Below the pieces are notes generated by a model. It worked only from the letters and a program-made list of their open reading frames with translations, searched no databases and was not told the origin of the DNA. Below, piece after piece: positions 1 to 10,287 of a DNA stretch of 64,000 nt (the first letter of the stretch is position 1; each line of letters starts with the position of its first letter). The translations under genes and the position numbers were made by a program. Source of the stretch: an uncultured Holophagales bacterium (lineage in GTDB: Bacteria > Acidobacteriota > Thermoanaerobaculia > Multivoradales > UBA5704); the NCBI GenBank assembly GCA_963842525.1, contig CAWJGT010000001.1, forward strand, positions 32,001 to 96,000, read 5' to 3'.

Positions 1-174
1 GGTCCGGGCAAGCTGACCGACGACGGCAAGCGCTCGCCCATGGACGTCAAGGAAGGCGACAAGGTCCTGATGGGCAAGTACTCCGGCAGTGAGATCAAGA
101 TCGAAGAGAACGACTACGTGATCCTGCGCGAGGATGAGATCCTCGCCGTGATCGGCAACGGCCATCACGCCTGA
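1..174 (+). CDS. groES: co-chaperonin GroES (3' part, truncated by window start)
   Basis: Frame 1 reads [52 protein letters not shown], the typical GroES C-terminus, directly upstream of groEL. Confidence 0.97.
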   Translation, partial: GPGKLTDDGKRSPMDVKEGDKVLMGKYSGSEIKIEENDYVILREDEILAVIGNGHHA

Positions 175-204
175 GCTGCGGCTCCGCCGACAACAGATTC
201 CTGA

Positions 205-1878
<1,674 letters not shown>

Positions 1879-1924
1879 ACAGCCGCTCCCTGCCGGCGGT
1901 GCTCCCGCCGGCGTGAAGATCAAG

Positions 1925-1966
1925 ACGGCCGGTTCCGGGTTTCCGGGATCGGCCGTTGGTGTTTTT
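1925..1966 (+). terminator. intrinsic terminator of groESL
   Basis: Hairpin ACGGCCGGTTCCGG-gttt-CCGGGATCGGCCGT followed by TGGTGTTTTT; a second hairpin at 1892-1912. Confidence 0.75.
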
Positions 1967-1981
1967 GGGGCGACGCCCTGT

Positions 1982-2143
1982 CCCCCCCGGCGGGGGGAGC
2001 CGCCCCCTCGTTGGTAGTGTCCTAGTTTTTCAAACTAGGACACTACCCCCCTCGTTGGGGAGGACGCCCCCCTCCCGTCGGGAGCCGGCCCCCCCAGCCG
2101 GGGGGAGCAACCCCCTGTCCGGGGGACCTTCCCCGCTCCTGGG
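1982..2143. repeat. degenerate ~21-bp-phased C-run/G-run array (array A')
   Basis: C-runs start at 1982, 2003, 2067, 2089, 2111 and 2131, each followed by a G-run; ~21-bp phase is restored when the 44-bp insertion (35-bp element plus TSD) is removed. Confidence 0.55.
2013..2047. mobile_element. 35-bp IS1-type mini-element (TIRs only) with 9-bp TSD
   Basis: Perfect 16-bp IR GGTAGTGTCCTAGTTT-ttc-AAACTAGGACACTACC flanked by direct repeat CCCCTCGTT (2004-2012 and 2048-2056); same GGTAGTG terminus as the element at 2437. Confidence 0.75.
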
Positions 2144-2199
2144 CGCAGATGAGACCGCCGGGGTGGCGAGGGACACGACTCCTGCATGTCCGTGCGTCC

Positions 2200-2436
2200 C
2201 CGCGGGACCACTGCCAGCCACCGCGGCGGGCGTAGATGGTCCCGCGGCGAACACTGCCGGCCCCGCGGGACCACTGCCAGCCGCCGCGGCGGACGTACAT
2301 GGTGCCGCGGGGAACCTTGCCGATCCCGCGGGGTCACTGCCAGCCGCCGCGGCGGACGTAGATGGTGCCGCGGGGAACGCTGCCGTTCCCACGGGACCAA
2401 TGCGAGCCACCGCGGCGAATGTTCATGGTCCCGCGG
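2200..2436. repeat. 21-bp-period CCGCGG array with 63-bp higher-order unit (array A, left part)
   Basis: CCGCGG (once CCACGG) at 2200, 2221, 2242, 2263, 2284, 2305, 2326, 2347, 2368, 2389, 2410, 2431; continues at 10223 and 10244 beyond the transposon. Confidence 0.92.
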
Positions 2437-2635
2437 GGTAGTGCTGCCCCTAGACAAGTTACACCCGCGCCAGCACCCCTGCCACCGCCTTGCGGGGCCG
2501 GAGGGGAGCCGGTGAGACACCGGGCCGATCGGGGGCCGGGTACCCGGCCCGAGGGGCGGGGGTGGAGCGGAAGTGATCGCCAGCACCTTGACATGGCCCT
2601 ACCGGTGGCAACAGCATCGCCGGCATGTCCCCTGA

Positions 2636-4213
2636 GAGCCTGTGAAAAAATCCCGGTAAGCGGTTCGTAGCGGAGCGTATCCATGAGATACTTACTGCAT
2701 GAGCGACACTCTGTTCCCTATCCCTGCGCCGGAAGTGAGTGCTGAGCCCGCCAAAGCGAAAGGGGTTCCTCGTTTGGTGGTTCCTAACCGGTCGCAGATG
2801 GAACTGCGCCCCGTGGACCTGGAAAGTCTTCTGCCGCCGGATCACGTTGCGCGTGCCGTCTGGGAGTTCGTGGAGTCCCTGGATCTGAGCCCTCTGTACG
2901 CGGAGGTGCAATCGGTGGAGGGGGGTGCCGGCCGTCCAGCCATCGACCCGCGGATCTACATGGCCTTATGGTTGTACGCCACGATTGAGGGCGTGGGCAG
3001 CGCGCGAGCCCTGGAGCGTCTGACGCTTCAACACGATGCGTATCGGTGGATCTTGGGGGGTGTATCGGTGAACCACCACTCTTTGTCGGACTTTCGGGTG
3101 CAGCACGAGGAATTTCTCGATCAGGTGCTGACGCAGAGCGTGGCGGTGTTGATGGAGCAGAAGCTGGTGACACTGAACCGTGTGTCGCAGGACGGCATCC
3201 GTGTGCGTGCCAGTGCCGGTGCGGCCTCGTTTCGGCGTCAATCGAGTCTGGAGCGCTGTCTACAAGAGGCACAGGAGCAGGTCGAACGCCTGCGCGAGGA
3301 GCTGGAGAAAGACCCGGAGGCGACGAATCGTCGTCAGACGGCAGCCCGGCAGCGCGCGGCGGAGGACCGCCAGCATCGGGTCAAGGCGGCGTTGGCGCAG
3401 ATGGCAGAGGTTGCGGCCAAGAAGCCAGCGGAGAAGAAAGACCAGGCGCGGGTGTCGACGACGGATGCCGAGGCACGGGTGATGAAGATGGGGGATGGAG
3501 GATTTCGTCCAGCGTACAACGGTCAGTTTTCGGTCGACGCCGAGACGCAGATCGTGGTGGGAGTGGATGTCAGCAACAGCGGCAGCGATCAGGGTCAGTT
3601 GGTGCCGATGCTGGAGCAACTGGAAGAGCGCTATGAAGTGATTCCGCCAGAGAGCTTGGTCGATGGTGGTTTTGCCGGTTTGAAAGATATCGAGAAGGCC
3701 AGCGAGTTGGGCACCACGGTCTATGCGCCGGTCGCCAAGCCGAAGGACAAGACGCGCGATCCGTATGTGCCTCTGTCGACCGATTCACCGGCAATCGCGC
3801 AGTGGCGCCAACGCATGGGCACACCGGAGGCCAAAGAGATCTACAAGCAGCGGGCGTCGAGCGTGGAATGTGTCAACGCTCTGGCTCGCAACCGCGGGCT
3901 GCAACGTCTGTTAGTGCGAGGCCTGCACAAGGCCCGAGCGGTGCTGCTTTGGTTCGCCATTGCCCACAACCTGATGCGCACCCTCTCGCTGGGCGCGGGC
4001 TGCGTCGCATCGGCATAAAGGTCAGGGCCTCGCGGCGAAAAGGAGGGTAATTCCCCTGTCCAAGTCTGTTTTCGACCGCTTGTCGCTGCCTTAGCTCGCG
4101 TCGGATACGATGTGGCCCCTGACCGCGCACGCTTTAGGATCCTCACATCTATTATGCGCCTTGTTACCGCCCTCCGCCTTCCAATCTCGGACCCGCGATT
4201 CCTTCACAGCCTC
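2636..4213 (+). mobile_element. IS1182-family insertion sequence
   Basis: Imperfect TIRs GAGCCTGTGAAAAAATC / GAGGCTGTGAAGGAATC; flanking TGA duplication (2633-2635, 4214-4216). Confidence 0.85.
2699..4018 (+). CDS. IS1182-family transposase
   Basis: GRPAIDPR...LWLYA N-terminal domain, QDGIRVRASA, STTDAEARVMK, YKQRASSVE DDE motifs. Confidence 0.92.
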   Translation: MSDTLFPIPAPEVSAEPAKAKGVPRLVVPNRSQMELRPVDLESLLPPDHVARAVWEFVESLDLSPLYAEVQSVEGGAGRPAIDPRIYMALWLYATIEGVGSARALERLTLQHDAYRWILGGVSVNHHSLSDFRVQHEEFLDQVLTQSVAVLMEQKLVTLNRVSQDGIRVRASAGAASFRRQSSLERCLQEAQEQVERLREELEKDPEATNRRQTAARQRAAEDRQHRVKAALAQMAEVAAKKPAEKKDQARVSTTDAEARVMKMGDGGFRPAYNGQFSVDAETQIVVGVDVSNSGSDQGQLVPMLEQLEERYEVIPPESLVDGGFAGLKDIEKASELGTTVYAPVAKPKDKTRDPYVPLSTDSPAIAQWRQRMGTPEAKEIYKQRASSVECVNALARNRGLQRLLVRGLHKARAVLLWFAIAHNLMRTLSLGAGCVASA

Positions 4214-4921
4214 TGACGCTAAACAATTCATCCTCAACGTCGTCACGGCGGTTGTCTCGGTGGTAATCGTTGCCGCCCTCGGCGCCGCATTCGGTTGGTG
4301 GCCGTTGCTTTGGGGGTGGCTCCAGAGCGGCGAGGGTGAGGTTGCTCACCGCCTCGCTTTCTTGCTGGTCGTCGCCTTGCTTCTCTATCGCCACGTCGCC
4401 CCGCTCCGGCCGCTGCCGGTTATCGTTACTCCTGTATCAGAGCCAGGCAATTACGCAGTCTTGACGGTTCGCAACCTTGGGCACGGCGGCGACTTCTACG
4501 CTACTGCCGAAATATTGGATGTCCGGCAGCCAGGAGTGAGCGGCGGGTTTAGGCGCCTCACCATGCGTCCTAAATGGGGGATGGACCGGAGAGGAGGATT
4601 CTCTTCTGTTTCGATCGACCGCCGGGGAACCGGCGACCTCTGTCTGGCAAAGATCTTTTATGATGAAACAACGAGCGGCATGATAGAAGTGCACCTAACT
4701 GATGAAGGCAAAAAACAAGAATGGTATTGCTACGAAAGAGGAGATCCGGCCGGCGGCGTAGAGATCGACTTGGAAGTCACTGTGATCAGGAAGGAAGCCC
4801 GCGAGTTCTTTCGCTTCCTCCCCATCCCCCGCCCCTACGTTGGAAGGTTTACCGTCAAAGGTAAGCCAGACGGAATCGCCACGTTAGAAACTCCGCCGGC
4901 TCATTGGTGGTCTCGATTCGT

Positions 4922-5935
4922 CTAAGCCGCCTTAGATTCGATCGCCACGGCCCCCGCCCCGTTCCCCGTCCGCAGCTCGGCTTCCCGCAGGAGGTCTTCC
5001 AGGGTCCAGGGCTTGCGCTCGATCTTGGCGGCAACGGCCGGGGGCATCCGGAGCGACTTGTGGAATTTCACGAAATTGTAGTAGGCCACGAAGACGCTCA
5101 CGGCCGCCGCAAGGTTCTCCCGCTTCCGAGAGAAGCCGTTGGACAGCAGGACGAACCGCCGGAGCCCGGTGCGCAGGGTCCAGTTGAATCGTTCAATGCG
5201 GGAGGTCCCTACGCGGTCCTCATCCGGGGTGCCAGAGATCCAAAACTTTTCACTGCCTATTAAGCGAGGCGGCGCATATCGCCGCCCCTCTTTCCCTCCC
5301 ACATTGCCGAATTCTTTGACGAGCATGCCGTAATCAACCCGAGCACCAAGGTGCTCTTCAACCGCGTTCGGATAACCGTCGAAACCGTCTGTGCTGATCT
5401 GAAACCGGCCATCCGTGGCACGTGCCAGCCGGGCCATGAAAGCGTTCGCATCCGCTGAGGTGCGCCGCCCGACGTGGTGAGCGAGCAAAACCTTCGTACT
5501 CCGCTCGATGCCGAGGAAGACGTAGCAATCGCCGGCCACCGCCGTATCGTATTGCCGCTTGCGGCGTACGGCTTCCTTGCAACGCACGAACGACCAGATC
5601 TCATCGCACTCTACGTCTATTACTTCAATGCCGCTGATCTTCTCTTCCAGGAGCTTGGCGCATCCTTCCCCGAGGTCCACCAGGAGCCGGAGAATCGCCC
5701 GCTGCGTGACACACGTAAGCCGCTCAATCGCCCGGATCGATGTCCCCTCGCAAAGCAGACCGAGGATGCGAGCGGCAACGTCATCCGGGAGCCGGCGGGA
5801 ACGGCGAGCAGCTCGGGGTAGCTTGGACTCGACCCAGACCCGCCCGCAGTCACGGCACTTGAAGCGGCTCCGGCCGTCCTGGGTGTGGCCGTAGGGGCGG
5901 TGTGACTCGCTCTGGCACTCGGGGCAGGTAGACAT
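4922..5935 (-). CDS. IS1-family transposase (zinc ribbon-HTH-DDE, single ORF)
   Basis: CPEC...CRDC zinc ribbon, EGTSIRAIERLT HTH, ECDEIWSFV, STDGFDGY, IERFNWTLR, YYNF motifs. Confidence 0.88.
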   Translation of the reverse strand: MSTCPECQSESHRPYGHTQDGRSRFKCRDCGRVWVESKLPRAARRSRRLPDDVAARILGLLCEGTSIRAIERLTCVTQRAILRLLVDLGEGCAKLLEEKISGIEVIDVECDEIWSFVRCKEAVRRKRQYDTAVAGDCYVFLGIERSTKVLLAHHVGRRTSADANAFMARLARATDGRFQISTDGFDGYPNAVEEHLGARVDYGMLVKEFGNVGGKEGRRYAPPRLIGSEKFWISGTPDEDRVGTSRIERFNWTLRTGLRRFVLLSNGFSRKRENLAAAVSVFVAYYNFVKFHKSLRMPPAVAAKIERKPWTLEDLLREAELRTGNGAGAVAIESKAA

Positions 5936-6061
5936 GGGCGGGCTCCTTGCGGTAAGCCCGGCCGGAAGCCATAATCAGCGTGCTGGTCTGCTCGGCTTCG
6001 GTCGGGCGGGCAAGGCCCTGGGGGTCGTTGACGCGACTTCCAGGGCCGTTTTCATGCTGTG

Positions 6062-6126
6062 AGTATAGCACAAGGATATCCTCTGTCAACCCCCTATGTT
6101 GACTCGGAGAATCTTTCTGGTAGACT
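6062..6126. promoter_or_regulatory. back-to-back sigma70 promoters for the transposase (minus) and the RHH gene (plus)
   Basis: Minus strand TTGACA(6089-6084)-N16-TATACT(6067-6062); plus strand TTGACT(6099)-N16-TAGACT(6121), 6 nt before ATG 6133. Confidence 0.75.
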
Positions 6127-6132
6127 TAGGGC

Positions 6133-6357
6133 ATGAAAGACACTAGGCCAACGGACACCCCTCCCCACCGCCCCCAAGGTCGGACCCAGACGGAGCCGGT
6201 CCTCCTGCGTTTCGAGCCTGCGCACCTGGAGATGATTGACGCTGCGGCCGGGCATCTCGGGCTTGCCCGGGCTTCCTGGATACGCTCAACTTTGCTACAG
6301 GCAGCGAGGGGCGTACTTAAACAGGCAACTACTGTATCTTTACTAAGTCCTGCTTGA
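6133..6357 (+). CDS. ribbon-helix-helix (CopG-like) DNA-binding protein; 3' end hit by IS66 remnant
   Basis: VLLRFEPAHLEMIDAAAGHLGLARASWIRSTLLQAA fits the RHH strand-helix-helix pattern; leaderless start. Confidence 0.7.
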   Translation: MKDTRPTDTPPHRPQGRTQTEPVLLRFEPAHLEMIDAAAGHLGLARASWIRSTLLQAARGVLKQATTVSLLSPA

Positions 6358-7521
6358 CCTTCTCCAGCGCCTCGCCGCTGAGCTTGCCCGCGTCCCGCTG
6401 ATCTCGCGCCTCCAAGGCGGCCTGCAGGATCTCTTTCACCGCCCGAGGAAAGCGCACCGCACCCCCTGTCGCCTTCTCCAGCAGCTCCTCGCAACGGCGC
6501 AACAGATGCGCCAGACAGGTCTGATGAGTCGCTTCTTCAAATTTCTGATAGGGAGCCCAACCATCAGCCACCAGCACGCCGACAAAGCCCTCCCCCAGGA
6601 CCTCAGAGGCCTCGGCATAGCCACGACCCGGCTGGATGCTGTAGACCGTCTCGCTGCGATTGGTGAACACCCACAACCACACGCTATAGCCCCCCTCCCG
6701 CCAGCCCGTCTCGTCCGGGTACACCACAGGAGAGCCTCCGGATCTTCGCCTTCAGCTCCTCGTACAAGGGCTCCAGCTTCTTACTCATGCGAAGCAGCGC
6801 GCGGCACAGGGCCGAGCGCGACACAGACAGTCCAGCCAGCTCCTTCAGCAACGCGGCGATCTTGCCGTAGCTCAAGCCTCCGACCTTGTTGAGCCAGGCG
6901 GCGAGCCCCAACACGTTTGGACCGAGTTGCACGTTGCCGACCCGGAACGCCTGGGAAGTCTGGCGCGGGTGACGCCCCACAGCTTCCCGGCCACATGCCG
7001 AGCACTTCCCATAATGGAGGATGAACTCCGTCGTCACCGGCCGAATCGGCGGCAGATCGGTCTGATACTGGCGAGCTTCGCCCTGCGGAATGACCTGACC
7101 CCCACAGTGCTCACAATACAGCGGGCACTCCACCACGATGGTTTCGTCGACGTGATCGGGCACAGCTCGAGTCGCTTGCTGACCATATTGATCCCCGGCT
7201 TTGCGCCCTGGAGACTTGGGATCCTCGCTCGGATCTCCCTTCGAGAAGGGGGCAGCCTGGCGTTTGCCCCGGCGCCGTAGCTCCTCGACAAGTTTCTCCA
7301 GATCGACGATTCGGCGCTTCAGGTGCGCAATCTGGCGCTCCTGCTCCTCCACCCGCTGGCGAAGCTCACCGTTGTCTTGGCGAAGCTCAGAGTTCTCTTG
7401 AAGGAGTTCCTCGTAAGTCGGCATGCCTGAAAGACATTAGACCATGCCGAGAAGAGAACTTCAAGCCCTTGCGGACGTGCCACCGCTCGGGGAAGGCGGC
7501 ACTAGGGCGGTAAACAGATAC
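6334..7521 (-). mobile_element. IS66-family (single-ORF, ISBst12-type) element, internally deleted copy
   Basis: Near-identical to approx. 48545-49720; intact end GTATCTGTTTACCG at 7521; damaged end GTATCTTTAC at 6334; transposase C-terminal third missing. Confidence 0.88.
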
Positions 7522-7587
7522 GCTAGCTGAAAGACGCGGACACGGCTCCTATCCTTGTGCTTTGGCGTCAAAGGGGGTAGCATTGGC

Positions 7588-8043
7588 ATGATCTTACCGG
7601 AGGCAGAATTGACCGCAATCCTAGAGGACCCCTCGAAAGCGATTGACGGCGACCTCTACTGGACGCTTCGCAACGATTTTGGCCCATTCGCGTTTTTCCA
7701 GGCTCGTGTTGACTCCTCGGAAGGTTGGCCTATCTTTATTAAAGGCAGCCATAATCACGAAGCATCAAAGTTGGCTTTCGCCATCATTCACCAAGGCTAT
7801 GGCCGCAGGATATATGGTCTTTGCCTCGGTTACGGACATACCAATTTAGACAGGAGTAGAGCGGAAAGCCCGCACAAGCATCGCCCAAGAGAGAGCGACG
7901 ATAAGTACGCCTATGCTGCCTCCGACATCACGGCGACAATTCTCGACCCGCTAGACGTGTGGAGCCAATTTTGCCGCGAAGCACGGATCACCCATCGGGG
8001 AAGGCTTCATCGCCTTCCCTCCATCCAGGCGGAGCTTCTATAA
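7588..8043 (+). CDS. DUF6978-like hypothetical protein
   Basis: MILPEAEL...HTN...PHKH pattern; low GC; TAATG coupling to the next gene. Family name from recall. Confidence 0.6.
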   Translation: MILPEAELTAILEDPSKAIDGDLYWTLRNDFGPFAFFQARVDSSEGWPIFIKGSHNHEASKLAFAIIHQGYGRRIYGLCLGYGHTNLDRSRAESPHKHRPRESDDKYAYAASDITATILDPLDVWSQFCREARITHRGRLHRLPSIQAELL

Positions 8044-8810
8044 TGCTTGCACCGTGTGAATGGATCGCCGCCTCAATGGGTAGCTTGTTTGAGTGTGAAC
8101 CCTTGGATAACTACATCCGAATTCGCACTCCCTTTATGTATCCGGACGGAGATTCAGTTGACTTGTACCTGAAGGAACAAGGCGCTATCTTGATGCTCAC
8201 TGATTTAGGCGAGACCCTCCAGTGGCTATGGATGCAACAGGTAGCAGAGCGTCGCACGAAGAAACAAGAGCGGCTGATCCAAGACATTGCGGCAGGCGCG
8301 GGCGTTGAGTTGTTCCGCGGGATGTTAATTGTAAGGTTGCGAGACCAGCAGGAGATGGCACAAGCGGTTACCGTACTTAGCCAAGCGGCGCTTCGTGTGT
8401 CTGATATCTGGTTTACGTTTCGATCGCGAGCCGGCGAAACTGTCGTCGATGATGTAGCGGAATTCCTAACCGAGAAACACTTCCGGTTTGATCAGGAGCC
8501 TAAATTCATTGGGCGCTCTGGTCGGGTATGGCGGGTGGACTTTCAAGTACGGCACCCGAGACGCAGCTCGTTAGTGAAAGTGTTGAGCACCGGCAGCAGG
8601 ACGGCGGCAAAACAGGCTACTGATACGACGGTCGCTTGCTGGCATGATCTAAGCAATCGGCGGGAAGGGCCGGAAGCTTTGCAATTTGTCTCTCTATTAG
8701 ACGATGCCGTGGATGTTTGGGCACCAGAGGATATCCGGCGGGTTGAAAATATTTCTGAGGTTGCGTTTTGGTCTAGGCCGGATGAATTTGCGGAGAAGCT
8801 TGCTGCATAA
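8043..8810 (+). CDS. DUF1828/DUF1829 domain protein
   Basis: IRTPFMYPDGDSVDLY...LTDLGETL N-domain and GRSGRVWRVDF C-domain with a nuclease-like pattern. Confidence 0.75.
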   Translation: MLAPCEWIAASMGSLFECEPLDNYIRIRTPFMYPDGDSVDLYLKEQGAILMLTDLGETLQWLWMQQVAERRTKKQERLIQDIAAGAGVELFRGMLIVRLRDQQEMAQAVTVLSQAALRVSDIWFTFRSRAGETVVDDVAEFLTEKHFRFDQEPKFIGRSGRVWRVDFQVRHPRRSSLVKVLSTGSRTAAKQATDTTVACWHDLSNRREGPEALQFVSLLDDAVDVWAPEDIRRVENISEVAFWSRPDEFAEKLAA

Positions 8811-8819
8811 TGAAGAATA

Positions 8820-8846
8820 CCGGGCTAGCGCTGCGCTCTAGCCCGG
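8820..8846. terminator. hairpin between convergent genes
   Basis: CCGGGCTAG-cgctgcgct-CTAGCCCGG. Confidence 0.5.
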
Positions 8847-8855
8847 CTTGCGGCT

Positions 8856-9320
8856 CTATATAGCCTCTCGTTGAAAACGATTTACGATCGGCGCAGGATC
8901 TTCGGCGGGCTCCCTTCCTCCCCAACGAACCCATAGGCGCGCCAGCTCGGAGGCGAGGGAGCGGCAGAGTGCGGCACGGCGGAACGTCGCGAGCAGCCGG
9001 CCGTCCGGGATGTACACCAGGGAGTAGATGTGGCATCCGTGGTAGCCAGGGCCGGCAGCGTCGCCACGGAAGTAGCCGAACGGCTCAGCGACCCACCCCG
9101 GTAACTCGGGCTCTGTGCCGTCCATGAGATGGACCCGGAAGCGCCTTTGCCGCCATGCCAGGGGCAGTGGCTTCCCGGCTCGCCTGATATCTTCCAGGTG
9201 GCGGTCTGCGGCTTCCGCCAGCCAGGACCCTACGGATCTGTGGCCGTGAGCTTCTGCCGCTTGCTTCCACCTTGCCGACTGCCGGACATCGGCCCGGACA
9301 GAGAAGACGGCAACCTTCAC
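8856..9320 (-). CDS. hypothetical protein with RHH-like N-terminus
   Basis: GTG start overlaps the upstream TGA (GTGA); VFSVRAD...WKQAAEAHGHRSVGSWLAEAA. Confidence 0.6.
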   Translation of the reverse strand: MKVAVFSVRADVRQSARWKQAAEAHGHRSVGSWLAEAADRHLEDIRRAGKPLPLAWRQRRFRVHLMDGTEPELPGWVAEPFGYFRGDAAGPGYHGCHIYSLVYIPDGRLLATFRRAALCRSLASELARLWVRWGGREPAEDPAPIVNRFQREAI

Positions 9321-9676
9321 CGCATTACCCTTTCCCGCGCCTGCCACTTCCGATGGACATCTGCCGCCTTGCCGAAGTCGGGGCCAGTGACGAGAAGGGG
9401 ATCAGCGGAGTCCCAAGCAAGATCCAGAGCCGCCAGCTCAGCCGCCGCCTCACGGCATAGGCTCTGCCGCGGGAGGGTGAACATGGCGGCTTGGGATGCA
9501 GCGTGAAATAGGGTGTAGCACCCGCCGGGCTCCAGGGAGTGGCGGGAGCCGCGGACGATGCAGAATGGACCAGCCACCAGGACGGAAGCGACCTCTGCCG
9601 CGGGCCTAGAGCTCCCGGCAGGCCAGAGGAGCACAGCCAGGATGCGACGGCGCCAGCGAAGGGGGAGGGCGATCAC
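9317..9676 (-). CDS. hypothetical protein
   Basis: GTGA coupling on both sides; shares a YxL...T..R..LCR..A.ELA.L segment with the 8856 protein. Confidence 0.55.
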   Translation of the reverse strand: MIALPLRWRRRILAVLLWPAGSSRPAAEVASVLVAGPFCIVRGSRHSLEPGGCYTLFHAASQAAMFTLPRQSLCREAAAELAALDLAWDSADPLLVTGPDFGKAADVHRKWQARERVMR

Positions 9677-10041
9677 GACTGGCCCTCCTTCTCCTCCTGC
9701 TCCTCCTGCCGCTCCCGCCACTCTTCGTACAGCTCGGCCGGCGCCAGATCCCCGGCCTCGTCGAGAGACTCGATAGCCGGCTCGATGTCATCTGCGAGGA
9801 TGCACTCGATTGATCCAATCAACGCGAAGGTGAGGGACTGCGGCTTCCGGTGCTCGCCCTGGGCTTCCGCGTCTTCTGCGGTGTACAGCTCCGGGAGAGA
9901 GTGACGGACGCCCCTGAGGACCATGGCGACCTCGCGCAGCTTGCCGGCTGCACAACGGATCAACCGTTGCGCTGCAATCTCGTCTCGGGTCTTGGGGGTG
10001 AAGGTGGGTCGGGTGGGGTTAGACTTCTCGGGCCTGGGCAT
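9673..10041 (-). CDS. hypothetical helical protein
   Basis: GAGGAG RBS upstream, acidic helical ORF, first gene of a coupled three-gene operon. Confidence 0.65.
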   Translation of the reverse strand: MPRPEKSNPTRPTFTPKTRDEIAAQRLIRCAAGKLREVAMVLRGVRHSLPELYTAEDAEAQGEHRKPQSLTFALIGSIECILADDIEPAIESLDEAGDLAPAELYEEWRERQEEQEEKEGQS

Positions 10042-10065
10042 GGGACTCGCTCCTCTGCCTGGGTA

Positions 10066-10102
10066 GGCTCGGGCGGGGTGGTCATAACACCCCGTTCGGG
10101 CC
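10066..10102 (-). promoter_or_regulatory. 5'-leader hairpin upstream of the 10041 operon
   Basis: GGCTCGGGCGGGGTG-gtcataa-CACCCCGTTCGGGCC; a comparable hairpin precedes the transposase (approx. 6014-6047). Confidence 0.35.
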
Positions 10103-10220
10103 GCTACGGTGGGTCTGTGGGTGGGAAGATGCGCTCTCCCCTCCTGGAGAGGGGAGGTTAGACCGGTCCGGTAGGATTGTGGACCGGTCCGGGCGTAACT
10201 ATTCTAGGGGCAGCACTACC

Positions 10221-10250
10221 TCCCGCGGGGAACCTTGCCGATCCCGCGGG
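10221..10250. repeat. array A, right remnant
   Basis: CCGCGGGGAACCTTGCCGATCCCGCGGG is identical to 2305-2332. Confidence 0.85.
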
Positions 10251-10287
10251 GCCACACGACGACGGCCTCTTCGGCACGACTTGGACG

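Larger units (their letters stand above)
2625..4925 (+). pseudogene. membrane-anchored hypothetical protein interrupted near codon 4 by IS1182
   Basis: Removing IS 2636-4213 and one TGA copy gives ATG TCC CCT GAC GCT AAA (MSPDAKQFILNVV...), in frame with the 4110-4925 ORF, which has N-terminal hydrophobic helices. Confidence 0.75.
2437..10220. mobile_element. IS1-family cargo-carrying transposon (7784 bp)
   Basis: TIRs 2437-2467 and 10190-10220 (28/31 identical, begin GGTAGTGCTGCC, compare IS1 end GGTGATGCTGCC); 8-bp TSD TCCCGCGG at 2429-2436 and 10221-10228; internal IS1-family transposase. Confidence 0.85.

Noticed and set aside
1956-2670. Ala/Pro/Arg-rich ORFs in all frames over array A
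   Set aside because: Stop-free frames are expected from GC-rich 21-bp repeats; there is no RBS and the frames run across the transposon boundary
6725-6745. Programmed frameshift in the IS66 transposase (same position in both copies)
   Set aside because: No slippery heptamer; the copies differ (AGGC versus AGCC) by different extra bases at a probable GAGCTC site, which fits systematic long-read error better
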